A stretch of 64,000 nucleotides of DNA from Acutalibacteraceae bacterium (GCA_045660965.1 JAZRES010000004.1:6396-70395); one strand, 5' to 3'; shown: positions 7,945-17,257, numbered from the stretch's first letter. Numbers and translations: made by a program. Notes: generated by a model from the letters alone, not told the origin.

Positions 7945-9381
7945 TTGAAAAAAACCTACGTAACGTCTATGCCCAACCACATTGGTGCTTTTTTGAAAGC
8001 CAGTAAGTGCTTTTCCGAGCTGGGTATCAACATTACTCGTGTAAGTTATAACAAGGCGGTGGACTCCCATACCCTGTTTATCGACGCCGAGGGCACTCAG
8101 GAGCAACTGGAAAAAGCGGATATCGAACTGGAGAAGATTGGCTATTTACAGAGCAGTGGTAGCAAGACCAGCATCGTATTGTTGGAGTTCTGCATCGAGG
8201 ATATCCCCGGTAGCGTCGCCAACGTGCTGACCATGATTGACGACTTCAATTTCAACATTTCCTACATCAGCTCTCAGGAGAACGGCACGGATTATCAGCT
8301 GTTCAAGATGGGCTTGTACGTGGATGACTTTGATAAGATTACCGCGTTCTTGAAAGAAGTCAAGAAGCTGTGTAAGGTGCGCGTTTTGGACTATAACAGT
8401 TCGGAAAAGGTCTTTGACAACAGCATCTTTTACAGCACCTACGTCAATGGTTTGGCCCAGGTGGTGGATCTGCCGGAGGAACGGCGTCAAGAACTGTTGG
8501 TACACGTAAACTTGGCTATGCAAACCTTGGACGAGCAGGGTCTTTCTCCCTACCGCACCTTTGATAACATCAGCAAGTTTGCGGAGCTTTTGGGCACCTC
8601 CAGAGGAGAGAATTTCGATCCTCGTATCAGTAAGCACAAGATTGGTGACGAAACAGAAATCATCGTCATCGAGCCGCCTTGCGGTAGCAACACAACCATC
8701 ATTAAGAGCGGCGGCAAACTGCTGTTTGTGGATACCGGTTACGCTTTCTATCAAGAAGAAATGCTGGCCATTTTCAGACAGTTGATTCCGGATTTTGACA
8801 CCATTGAGAAAACGGCGCTGATCACCCACGCCGACCTGGACCACTGTGGTTTGTTGCCTATGTTTGACCGGGTGCTCGCCAGCGCCAAGTCTGCTCAGTG
8901 TTTGGCGGATGAATACGCCGGAAAGCCTTGCCCCAGAGAAGAAAACCCCTTGCATAAGCCCTATATCGGCATTTGTAAGATTCTCACCTCTTATAAGCCG
9001 GTAAACCCCGAAAAGGTGACCGTTTTGTGGGATGAGCAACCCAACCAAAAGGCACCGCTGACCCAAATCGGCTTTTTCGATTTTGGCGAACTGCACTTCG
9101 AGGTGTACGAGGGCAAGGGCGGTCATCTGCCGGGCGAGATTGTGCTCATTGATTACAACCAGCACATTGCCATCACCGGCGATATCTATATCAACGTCCA
9201 CGGCCTGACGGCACGCCAGGCCGCCCACAACCGCTATGCGCCCAAATTGATGATGTCGGTGGATACCGATCCGGTTATGTGCGCAGTGGAGAGAGAGGCT
9301 ATCATGCAACGCCTTGGCGTTGGCCAGTGGCAGATCTTCGGCGGTCACGGCTATAAAAAAGACTATACCGTCAGCCGATAA
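7945..9381 (+). CDS. ACT-ACT-metallo-beta-lactamase-fold hydrolase fusion protein
   Basis: Two ACT-like small-molecule-binding repeats (MPNHIGAFLKASKCFSELGINITRVSY...; IPGSVANVLTMIDDFNFNISYISS...) are followed by an MBL fold with ITHADLDHCG (HxHxDH-type motif, first His replaced). A TTG start at 7945 follows a GAGG RBS. ATG 7969 or the ORF-track start at 7888 are alternatives. Confidence 0.7.
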   Translation: MKKTYVTSMPNHIGAFLKASKCFSELGINITRVSYNKAVDSHTLFIDAEGTQEQLEKADIELEKIGYLQSSGSKTSIVLLEFCIEDIPGSVANVLTMIDDFNFNISYISSQENGTDYQLFKMGLYVDDFDKITAFLKEVKKLCKVRVLDYNSSEKVFDNSIFYSTYVNGLAQVVDLPEERRQELLVHVNLAMQTLDEQGLSPYRTFDNISKFAELLGTSRGENFDPRISKHKIGDETEIIVIEPPCGSNTTIIKSGGKLLFVDTGYAFYQEEMLAIFRQLIPDFDTIEKTALITHADLDHCGLLPMFDRVLASAKSAQCLADEYAGKPCPREENPLHKPYIGICKILTSYKPVNPEKVTVLWDEQPNQKAPLTQIGFFDFGELHFEVYEGKGGHLPGEIVLIDYNQHIAITGDIYINVHGLTARQAAHNRYAPKLMMSVDTDPVMCAVEREAIMQRLGVGQWQIFGGHGYKKDYTVSR

Positions 9382-9393
9382 TACTGCACAATA

Positions 9394-9421
9394 AAAAGGC
9401 ACCCGATCGGGTGCCTTTTTT
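9394..9421. terminator. Bidirectional rho-independent terminator between convergent genes
   Basis: aaaaaggcaccc-gatc-gggtgcctttttt, flanked by A- and T-tracts. Confidence 0.85.
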
Positions 9422-9436
9422 CTGTCTCAAATAGGG

Positions 9437-10021
9437 TTAGAACCAACTGGTGATGAAGATCTCCAAACCGATAAAGATAAGGATTACACCGCCCAGGATG
9501 CCGGCTTTTCCGGCCATAGAGGTGCCCACTTTTTTACCGATAATCAGACCGGCATAGCAGATGACAAAGGTGACCGCACCGATAAGCGCACAGGCCAGCA
9601 GAGCCTCGGCCCAGTTGTATTCCGCAATGGTAAAGCCTACCGAAAGGGCATCGATGGAGGTGGCTACGCCCTGTATCAGCAGCGCGGTCAGACCCACCGC
9701 CGCTTGCTCGCAGGGGCAACCCTGGTGGCGGATGCCCTCGATCAGCATCTTGCCACCGATATAGCCCAGCAGCGCCAGGGCAATCCAGGGGATGCACTTT
9801 TCAAAAGCGGTGAAATACTGGGCAACGGTATGGACACAGAACCAGCCGATAAGGGGCATCAGCAACTGGAATCCGGCAAAGATGCCGGCCACGCCCATCA
9901 TCTTACGTTGTTTCATACAGGGTTCACCCAAGCCGTTAGCCAGCGACACCGAAAAAGCGTCCATAGCCAGGCCCACGCCCAGGGCCATATTGGTAAAGAA
10001 AAAGGAAAAACTCAAATTCAT
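9437..10021 (-). CDS. mntP: Manganese efflux pump MntP (DUF204 repeats)
   Basis: 194 aa, 6 TM. It has the MntP signature LGVGLAMDAFSVSLANG and a second repeat, SIDALSVGFT. Confidence 0.85.
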   Translation of the reverse strand: MNLSFSFFFTNMALGVGLAMDAFSVSLANGLGEPCMKQRKMMGVAGIFAGFQLLMPLIGWFCVHTVAQYFTAFEKCIPWIALALLGYIGGKMLIEGIRHQGCPCEQAAVGLTALLIQGVATSIDALSVGFTIAEYNWAEALLACALIGAVTFVICYAGLIIGKKVGTSMAGKAGILGGVILIFIGLEIFITSWF

Positions 10022-10146
10022 TTTCTGTCCTCCCGTGTGTTGCTATATGATTTTGCAATCACACTCACGGCGGTTATTGTACCACACTGTCCGTAACTTT
10101 TCAAGAAATAATTGTATCTTCCCGGTTTGGTGCGCCGTGCTCTCGG

Positions 10147-10175
10147 TTGACGAAACGATAGGTGTATGGTATATT
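10147..10175 (+). promoter_or_regulatory. Candidate sigma-A promoter for the first GH-A/CBM cassette
   Basis: TTGACG-17 nt-TATATT with an extended -10 TG, ~45 bp upstream of the ATG at 10219. Confidence 0.5.
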
Positions 10176-10218
10176 TTACTTAAGTATATATTTACGTATT
10201 AGAGAGGAAGTGCATAGA

Positions 10219-12126
10219 ATGAGCAAACGGGTACGTAGCTTGTTGTCGCTGTTGTGCGTGGTTTCTATGGTGTTTTCTTTGGCCGGTTGCGGTATGCAGG
10301 CATCCGGCGGTATGGATCCCACCATCGAGCCCAACAGCGTGGCTAACATCCTAGAGCGAGACGGCTATCTGGACGGTATCTGGTGGCCTTGGTTTACCCA
10401 TGACGATTTAGGACACGGCCTTACCGCTAACGAGACCATGGTCAAATACGTGGGTAACACCTGGTCTACGGTGGGCATTGATAGCTATAGTGATGGATAC
10501 TTGCTTAAGCAGATTTATAATCTGAAGGCTTTGGGATTCAACATTATGGGCTATGAGGGCTCTATCTACGCCGAGGGCGTCATCTTTGATGACAACGGCG
10601 ACGTAGTGGGCATCAAGGAGGATTATCTCCAAAATGTCCGCCGTTTGCTGAATCTGTGCCGTCAGGTCGGTATGCCGGTGTTGTGGACGGTGTGTTGCCA
10701 CTCCACTTCGGCGGTGAATTATTACAATCTGGAGGTCTGGTATCGAATGACCCAGATGTATGCCGTCAAAGAGGTGGCTGACCACTATGCCGAGCGGTTT
10801 GTAAAACCTCTGTGCGATGTGCTGGCAGAGTATCCCGACGTGGTGGTGATGTGCGCCGCTGCCTCTGAGGTAGAGAATGAGATGAACGACCCGGATATGG
10901 GCAACTTCACCGATAGCCGTGAGACCTACGGTGTTACCCGGGATAGTATGCTGTACTTTGTGAACAAGGTGGTGGATACCCTGGCAGAGAAATTGCCGGA
11001 CGTGGATCGTACGCTCTGCGGTAGTACCGACAATATGACCATGTATTCCGAGACCGGCCTGACCTATGTCGGTCACCAGGAGTACAATTCTGCCGGTAAT
11101 GCCGACGACATTTCCAAATTCCGTTCTCCGCTTCCTATGATTGCAACCGAGTTTGGCCTTGGTGACGAGCAGTATCCCGATGAGCAGACCTTGGCGGATA
11201 AGCAGATTTTGTTCCGTGAGAATTTCCGTAGCAAGGGTTGGACCGGTTGGCTGATGTGGTGTTGGTCGCCCAAGTCCAGCGGTAGTTCTTACGATTTGAT
11301 AAAAAAGGATGGTGCACTCACCGACTTCCGTTTGTTTGCCTATGAGCTTCACGATTATCTAGAGGACTATCGGGCTGATCATCGGGGTGAAACTGTCTAC
11401 GTTAATACGCCCAGTATGTTCTACAATGCCGGTGATGGCGTGGTGGAGTGGATCAAACCCACCCAGCCCCACACCTATAAGCTGGAGCGGGCTATCAATG
11501 GTGGTGCTTGGACCACCGTGACCACCTCCGGTGCCGCAGTGGATGCCTTAGGCCGCAAGTATACCTACAAGGATACCATTCTGCCGGCTTCCGGTACGGT
11601 GCAGTATCGTGTCACCGTTACCTCTGATGGCGATACGGCTTCCTCCACCTCTAATGTGGCGGACATTATACCTCCTGCGGTTAATTTGGTGACCAACAAT
11701 AGTTTTGAGGATGGCTTGAATGGCTGGGCTCTCTATGGCAATAATGGCGCCTATCGTGCCACCTCTGCTACTGCTCGCACCGGGTCCTACAGTTTGGAAC
11801 TGGATTACGGCAGTGTCGAATGGCAGGGTGCTTATCAGTCCTACATCACGGTCAAGCCCAATACCAACTATACCTTGAGTTATTATTACAAGCACGCTGC
11901 GGACGACACCGCCAACAACTGCTATTGCTTTATCCGTGGCGGTAACGGTACCATCGACGATGCCGTCATCACCTCAGCTTATATGAATGGCGGAAATTAT
12001 AACGAGTGGAAGAAGGAAACCATCACCTTCCGCACCGGTGACAGCACGAAATTGTGTGTCGATTTCCGTGTAGTGGCCGGTACTCATACCTATATCGACG
12101 ACGTCGAGTTGTACGAAGCACAGTAA
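10219..12126 (+). CDS. Secreted lipoprotein: clan GH-A (GH5-like) glycoside hydrolase + Fn3-like domain + C-terminal CBM4_9-like module (cassette 1 enzyme)
   Basis: Lipobox SLAGC. (beta/alpha)8 clan-A hallmarks: acid/base SEVENEMND (N-E) and nucleophile IATEFGLGD. C-terminal NLVTNNSFEDGLNGW...YIDDVELYE module. Paralogous to 34681 and 41698. Confidence 0.8.
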   Translation: MSKRVRSLLSLLCVVSMVFSLAGCGMQASGGMDPTIEPNSVANILERDGYLDGIWWPWFTHDDLGHGLTANETMVKYVGNTWSTVGIDSYSDGYLLKQIYNLKALGFNIMGYEGSIYAEGVIFDDNGDVVGIKEDYLQNVRRLLNLCRQVGMPVLWTVCCHSTSAVNYYNLEVWYRMTQMYAVKEVADHYAERFVKPLCDVLAEYPDVVVMCAAASEVENEMNDPDMGNFTDSRETYGVTRDSMLYFVNKVVDTLAEKLPDVDRTLCGSTDNMTMYSETGLTYVGHQEYNSAGNADDISKFRSPLPMIATEFGLGDEQYPDEQTLADKQILFRENFRSKGWTGWLMWCWSPKSSGSSYDLIKKDGALTDFRLFAYELHDYLEDYRADHRGETVYVNTPSMFYNAGDGVVEWIKPTQPHTYKLERAINGGAWTTVTTSGAAVDALGRKYTYKDTILPASGTVQYRVTVTSDGDTASSTSNVADIIPPAVNLVTNNSFEDGLNGWALYGNNGAYRATSATARTGSYSLELDYGSVEWQGAYQSYITVKPNTNYTLSYYYKHAADDTANNCYCFIRGGNGTIDDAVITSAYMNGGNYNEWKKETITFRTGDSTKLCVDFRVVAGTHTYIDDVELYEAQ

Positions 12127-12139
12127 GGAGGGGTAGACA

Positions 12140-14695
12140 ATGAAAATCAAATACGTTTTAGCGACCATTGTATCTCTCTGCTTGGTGTGCGTTTTTTTGA
12201 TGACGATGCCCGCATCGGTGCTGGCGGCGGATAACCTAGCCGTTAACGGCGACCTGGAGATGGGCAACGACAATGGCTGGAAACTCAATAATGCCACTAT
12301 TGCCCCTGCAGAGTACTGGGACGTCCACAGTGGCAATTACGCCTTGTGCTTGAATCCGGCTTCGGATTATTTTGAGAGTGCATTGAAAACGGTTCCCGTA
12401 GGCAAGAATGCCACGGTAACGGTATCTTTATACTATACGTATTGGGGTTATGGTGAGTTCCACGTGTACACGTATAAGGGTGCGGATACGTCTGTAGGCG
12501 CCTATACCGACGGAGCGGATGCTTCTCTGGCGTATAGCTTCCGGTGGAAAAAGATTTCTTATACGTTCAATAGTGGCGATTATGACTACATTACGTTAAA
12601 ATTCTGTCCGGTAGGTGCCGACGATCGCTGTACCATTGACGATTTGGTGGTTACCGCCGTGGGCGGTGCTCCAGTAGAGGAAGACCCCTATCTTACCTCT
12701 TTCGGCACCAAATACAACCGTCCCAAGAATGATGCTTCCAATTTGCTCGTGAACGGTGGCTTTGAGTCTGCCGGTGGCGCTCAGTGGAACACCAATTCGT
12801 TTATTAAAGGCAATCTGTCCGTGGTGGCGGATTCTACCGCTCCCGAGGGTTCAAAATCGCTGTATTTTGACAGCGGTAATGTGACAACCCCCGTATGGCA
12901 CACGTTCCCTGTGACGGTGGAGCGCAATACAATATACACTTTCTCCGCTTGGGTGAAATCTCCTCGCTTGAGCGCTATCAACGATGCTACCGCTACGTTC
13001 GGTGTGATGAATGCCGAAACCGGCAAATTCTTGGTTTACGAACCCTATAATGGAAACGGTTATGGTTCCGCTTCCTTGTCTACCGAGACGATGCAGTTGA
13101 TGGCCACCTCTCCGGATGGAGAGTGGCATCTGCGTTCGGTGACCTTTAATTCCGGCTCCCACACCACGTTGTATATTGGTGTCTATGGCGCCGAGAGCCA
13201 GCTGTATTTGGACGACGTAGCCCTCTATAAGAGCGCCTATGGTATGGAATACATTAGCGATCTGCGTGCCGGTAGCATCACCGCCAGAGAGAATACCGGC
13301 AACAAGTATTGCGCAGATGAAGATTCTCTGGTTCCCAACCCGCAGATGAGCGGTCAGGCAGCTAAGAACCATTGGTCCTCCAACCCCGCTTGGCGAAACG
13401 GTTTTCTGTCTTTCAAAGAGTCTGCTGACGAACACGGCACGGTGCTGAAATACAGCAGCGAATCCGGCTTGGGACTGACCTACGTGGACTGGATTGACGT
13501 AGAGCCCAATACCTCGTATACGTTCACAGTTGACGTGTGTTCTTTCGGTTATACCGACAATAGCCGCATTGCTCTGTTGGATGATAACCCCTTGTCACCT
13601 GCCGAGTTTTACAGCATCTATTTTGAGTATGCCGATGATGAGTGGTTGACCTATTCCATCACTTTTAATACCGGCGTGTATTCCCGCATCGGTTTGGCCA
13701 TTATGGATTTTGGCGGCGAGGCGATGATCGACAACGTACGCCTGTTTGAAACGTCCAGAGGTATCGCCGATGAGCCGGAAGATGTTGGTACTCCTACGCT
13801 GAAGCCTACCGGTGGCAAGACCAGCGTTATGGAGATGGTAGCCGGTCCTACCAACGTGGTTGGCAATGGTGGCTTTGAGGATGGCTTTAACAGCTTTGAT
13901 GTGTACCAGTTTACCACGCTATCTGCCGATGCGGCCCATAGTGGTGCCAATGGCGCTCACCTAAAAGGTGACGGTGGCTGGGGCGCTATGGTGGAAAAGA
14001 CCAACATCCCCGTTAAAGACGGCAAAACCTACACCGTTTCCTATTGGTACAAGGCCAATGCCAGTGGCGCCAACATCTCCGTTATAGGTACGGATAGTGG
14101 CGTCCAATACGCTTATGTATGGGCGAGCAGAGGTCAGTGGACAAACGTGACGGCTACCTTTACGGTAGATGGCGATACCAGTGTAAGATTCAATGCTTGC
14201 GGTAGCGGTACCGGTGTGGCGGAGGACGTATATCTGGATGATATTTCCATTATGGAAAATACCGAGGGATTGCTGGGCATTGCCTTCTTGATGGAGTTAC
14301 AGGCGTATAACGTAACTCGCAACGAGCAGGGTGTTGCAAACCTGAATAACGCCACTGTGGACGTCTTTGGCAATGATGGGAGATACCGCCTGGTGCAGAT
14401 GGGCGCCGTTATGACCAATAAGGCCTGGATTGGAACCAATAAGCGTCAGTTTACACGGGAATACGCCGTGGATGGCAACGTAGTGCTTGTAGATATCCCG
14501 GCAAAGTATCTGAACAGTACCGACCGATTCTCTACCAACTTTGCGGTGCGTGTTATTAACGTACCCACTGGTAGCGCTGACGTGGTGATTTACGCCCGTC
14601 CCTATTACGTGTTTGAAAAGGATGGAGAGTTGTTCACAGTATACGGCGATATCTACAGCCGTAGTTACAACGACCCCGCTATTTCTATGGATTGA
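12140..14695 (+). CDS. Secreted CBM4_9-like module array (4 modules) ending in the 'YARPYY' module (cassette 1 partner)
   Basis: Signal peptide, then modules starting DNLAVNGDLEMGNDNGW, NLLVNGGFESAGGAQW, SLVPNPQMSG..., NVVGNGGFEDGFNSF. The C-terminus is ...MGAVMTNK...FAVRVINVP...IYARPYYVFEKDGELFTVYGDIY. Starts 14 nt after the hydrolase gene, with an AGGAGG RBS. Confidence 0.8.
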   Translation: MKIKYVLATIVSLCLVCVFLMTMPASVLAADNLAVNGDLEMGNDNGWKLNNATIAPAEYWDVHSGNYALCLNPASDYFESALKTVPVGKNATVTVSLYYTYWGYGEFHVYTYKGADTSVGAYTDGADASLAYSFRWKKISYTFNSGDYDYITLKFCPVGADDRCTIDDLVVTAVGGAPVEEDPYLTSFGTKYNRPKNDASNLLVNGGFESAGGAQWNTNSFIKGNLSVVADSTAPEGSKSLYFDSGNVTTPVWHTFPVTVERNTIYTFSAWVKSPRLSAINDATATFGVMNAETGKFLVYEPYNGNGYGSASLSTETMQLMATSPDGEWHLRSVTFNSGSHTTLYIGVYGAESQLYLDDVALYKSAYGMEYISDLRAGSITARENTGNKYCADEDSLVPNPQMSGQAAKNHWSSNPAWRNGFLSFKESADEHGTVLKYSSESGLGLTYVDWIDVEPNTSYTFTVDVCSFGYTDNSRIALLDDNPLSPAEFYSIYFEYADDEWLTYSITFNTGVYSRIGLAIMDFGGEAMIDNVRLFETSRGIADEPEDVGTPTLKPTGGKTSVMEMVAGPTNVVGNGGFEDGFNSFDVYQFTTLSADAAHSGANGAHLKGDGGWGAMVEKTNIPVKDGKTYTVSYWYKANASGANISVIGTDSGVQYAYVWASRGQWTNVTATFTVDGDTSVRFNACGSGTGVAEDVYLDDISIMENTEGLLGIAFLMELQAYNVTRNEQGVANLNNATVDVFGNDGRYRLVQMGAVMTNKAWIGTNKRQFTREYAVDGNVVLVDIPAKYLNSTDRFSTNFAVRVINVPTGSADVVIYARPYYVFEKDGELFTVYGDIYSRSYNDPAISMD

Positions 14696-14698
14696 TGG

Positions 14699-14742
14699 AA
14701 AAACCCGGATGCCGAAAAATTGGTATCCGGGTTTTCTTTTTG
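14699..14742 (+). terminator. Rho-independent terminator
   Basis: aaacccggat-N14-atccgggtttt, then a T-rich tail. Confidence 0.8.
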
Positions 14743-14750
14743 TTGGCTCG

Positions 14751-14779
14751 TTGACAGAGTTTTTTTGCTATGTTATAAT
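14751..14779 (+). promoter_or_regulatory. Consensus sigma-A promoter
   Basis: TTGACA-17 nt-TATAAT, both hexamers perfect, ~48 bp upstream of the ATG at 14827. Confidence 0.65.
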
Positions 14780-14826
14780 ATACAATATGTGTGACAAAAC
14801 ATCACTAAGTGAAAATGAGGGATAGT

Positions 14827-16203
14827 ATGAAACGAATAATCGGCCTGTTGATGGCGTGTACTTTATTACTGGCGATGGTTGGTTGTTCCGGTGGCAAGTC
14901 CAACCGGGAGGAGCCTTACGCTCCGCTGGAACCGCTGACCTATACCGGTTTACCCACAGAGCTTAAGGCAGAACCGCTGGGATCGCTTAGCGGCGAGATT
15001 AGCCTGACCAGCAACGGTATTATCTACCGTGAGGGCGAAAAATACGGTATCATCACCCCGGATGGCAAGGTGGATTCCGGTGCGATTTACGCCCAATATG
15101 AGCTTAAGAACGATTATTTCCTGGTGTCCAAGAGTAAGCCCTCTGCCATTAACGGCATCGAGGGTATGAACGTGACCGGTGTGGTGGATGCTGCCGGTAA
15201 CGTACGGATTCCCTTGGAGTATGCACAGATTATGATGATGGACGACCGCTTTGCTCGTGTGGTAGAGATTACTGCCACTGTAGAGAGCGAAAAAGAGGGC
15301 GTTATTGCGTATGTGGACGATAATGGCGAAAAGGTGCATTGCGCCGGCACTTGGTATATCTACGATATGCAGACCGGCGAAAAGGTGCCCGGTGCCACCG
15401 GTACCACCCGCTACGCTACCTATACCTATGGCAGTTACGTCAAATACGTCACCGATGACAAAAAGGTGGTCGTTTCTACCCCCGGTGGTAAAGAAATCCC
15501 GGAAAAAGCCGTGCATTTGCTGAACGGTTATTACGTTATTGAAGAAGAAAATGCCGTGTATAACGGCGATGGCGAGCAGATATTCACTTACGATCCCGCC
15601 GGCTATATCCCCTGCGAGAGTAAGGATTATGATCAGTATATCTTAGCCAAGAAGCAAGTGGATGGCAAAGATTCCTTTGTTTTGATGGATCTCACCGGCA
15701 AGGTGGTGACCACCGCCTTTGCCGTGCAGCCTCGTGTGTATGGCGAGTTGTTGTTGGTGGGCAGCAATTTGGTGGCTTTTAATGGCACTGTTGTGGCAGA
15801 AAACAACATTGTGGTGTACTGGGAGTCACTGTACGGGCAGTGCTGGGTATCTCAGACCAAAGATGCACGCAAGGCCATTTCCAAGGATGGCACTGTCCTC
15901 TATGAGGGCGGTGAAGAGGACCCCGCTCTGGATGTTCACGATATGCTGTTGAGCAAGAAGGTAGACGGTAAAGAGGTCTTCTATTCTGTTAAAGATAAGG
16001 ACTACACGCTGACCGGTGTGGCTATGGCTCCTTTCATCGTAAAAGTGTCTAATGGCGAGTCCTATTACGACCTGGTCAACGTGCTGACCGGCGAGGTAAT
16101 TCTGGGCGGTTACACGGATTATAGAGTGAAAATTATCGGTGGCGTTTTGTATGTATATGCAATTGAGCCTGAGAATAATTTTCAAGTCTATGCCATTCGC
16201 TGA
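14827..16203 (+). CDS. Lipoprotein with WG-type beta-strand repeats
   Basis: Lipobox AMVGCSGG. Repeated G.I..dGK-type units (GEKYGIITPDGKV, VVDAAGNVRIPLEY, ...) resemble WG/KWG repeat proteins. Confidence 0.6.
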   Translation: MKRIIGLLMACTLLLAMVGCSGGKSNREEPYAPLEPLTYTGLPTELKAEPLGSLSGEISLTSNGIIYREGEKYGIITPDGKVDSGAIYAQYELKNDYFLVSKSKPSAINGIEGMNVTGVVDAAGNVRIPLEYAQIMMMDDRFARVVEITATVESEKEGVIAYVDDNGEKVHCAGTWYIYDMQTGEKVPGATGTTRYATYTYGSYVKYVTDDKKVVVSTPGGKEIPEKAVHLLNGYYVIEEENAVYNGDGEQIFTYDPAGYIPCESKDYDQYILAKKQVDGKDSFVLMDLTGKVVTTAFAVQPRVYGELLLVGSNLVAFNGTVVAENNIVVYWESLYGQCWVSQTKDARKAISKDGTVLYEGGEEDPALDVHDMLLSKKVDGKEVFYSVKDKDYTLTGVAMAPFIVKVSNGESYYDLVNVLTGEVILGGYTDYRVKIIGGVLYVYAIEPENNFQVYAIR

Positions 16204-16223
16204 TTGCGTATTGTGTATAAAAA

Positions 16224-16258
16224 GAGCACCTGCCACCGTCTGTGGCGGGTGCTTTTTT
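16224..16258 (+). terminator. Rho-independent terminator
   Basis: gcacctgccac-cgtct-gtggcgggtgc followed by TTTTTT. Confidence 0.7.
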
Positions 16259-16362
16259 ATACGGTGGTTTTGCCACATACCGACCTTAAACAACCGCATA
16301 GAGCAAGACTCTTGTATGGTTAGACGTTGTATGATATGCTTACTTACGAAAGGAGGCGTGCT

Positions 16363-16794
16363 ATGAAAGTGACAACCATTCTGGATCCCGATCGAGAAGA
16401 GGAAGTGATTATCTTTACACGGGAGAGAAATCAGCTGGTGGAGGAGATTGAACGGCTAGTGTCTCGAAACACCGCAGAATTAGTGGGGTTTTATAACGAT
16501 TCTGCTACAATTCTCGACTATGTAAAGATTGTCCGCTTTACAGTGGAGAATGGCAAAATCTACGCCGTAGTAGGGAATAAACGCTATCAGATTCGCCGAC
16601 GGCTGTACCAATTGGAGCAACAGATGCCGGCCAGTTTTATCAAAATCAACCAATCTTGTTTGGCGAACGTTCGTCACATTGTTCGCTTCGAGGCTGCCTT
16701 TTCCGGAACCTTACGGGTGGTGTTTAAAAACGGGGATATCGACTACGTTTCTCGTCGCAATCTCAAACAAATCAAAGAAAGGTTCGGTTTATAA
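16363..16794 (+). CDS. Stand-alone LytTR-family DNA-binding protein (no receiver domain)
   Basis: The C-terminal FIKINQSCLANVRHIVRFE...LRVVFKNGDIDYVSRRNLKQIKE is the LytTR domain pattern. Start at MKVTT after an AGGAGG RBS. Confidence 0.8.
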   Translation: MKVTTILDPDREEEVIIFTRERNQLVEEIERLVSRNTAELVGFYNDSATILDYVKIVRFTVENGKIYAVVGNKRYQIRRRLYQLEQQMPASFIKINQSCLANVRHIVRFEAAFSGTLRVVFKNGDIDYVSRRNLKQIKERFGL

Positions 16795-16797
16795 AGT

Positions 16798-17202
16798 ATG
16801 AATAATTATGCAAAGATATTCATTCGCAGAGGGTTGGTGTTCGGTGGCTTTGGACCGGTGGTAGCGGGCATCGTTTTTGCTTGCGTTCCGGATGTGATGC
16901 TGTCCGGCGGCGAGGTGCTGTTGGCGGTGCTGTCCACCTATTTGCTGGCCTTTGTTCACGCAGGCGCCAGTGTGTTCAATCAGATCGATCATTGGCCACT
17001 CCCCAAATCCTTGCTCTGTCATTTCGGTTCGTTGTACCTGGCGTATTCCTTGTGTTACGTGCTCAATTCTTGGATTCCTTTCGAGCCGTTGGTGTTGGGG
17101 ATTTTCACCCTGTTATTTGTGGTGATTTATTTTGTGATATGGGGTATCGTATACCTCTGTGTCCGTGGTGAAAGCCGAAAGTTAAACGACAAACTGGAAT
17201 AA
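16798..17202 (+). CDS. Small 4-TM membrane protein (DUF3021-like), partner of the LytTR regulator
   Basis: 134 aa with four hydrophobic helices. Starts 4 nt after the LytTR stop. Confidence 0.6.
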   Translation: MNNYAKIFIRRGLVFGGFGPVVAGIVFACVPDVMLSGGEVLLAVLSTYLLAFVHAGASVFNQIDHWPLPKSLLCHFGSLYLAYSLCYVLNSWIPFEPLVLGIFTLLFVVIYFVIWGIVYLCVRGESRKLNDKLE

Positions 17203-17210
17203 GCAAACGA

Positions 17211-17247
17211 AAAGACGCCTTTCCCGATAGAGGAAAGGCGTCTTTTT
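17211..17247. terminator. Bidirectional terminator between convergent genes
   Basis: aaaagacgcctttcc-cgatagag-gaaaggcgtctttttt. Confidence 0.85.
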
Positions 17248-17257
17248 TATTGTTATA

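Noticed and set aside
8146-9402. 418-aa minus-strand ORF opposite the ACT-MBL gene, and the 250-aa ORF 439-1191 opposite trxA/spo0A.
   Set aside because: These are also antisense shadow ORFs. The opposite strand carries unambiguous motifs (WCGPC, the Spo0A signature, the MBL His motif).
10022-10160. Possible yybP-ykoY Mn2+ riboswitch in the mntP leader. This riboswitch class controls mntP in E. coli.
   Set aside because: On the minus strand I see a stem (cacggcg...cgccgtg) and only vague resemblance to the conserved GGGGAGUAG, UUGACAUA and AGCAAGACC elements (gagagcac, ggacagtg, agcaacac). That is too weak to call by eye. An Infernal scan with the Rfam yybP-ykoY model would decide.
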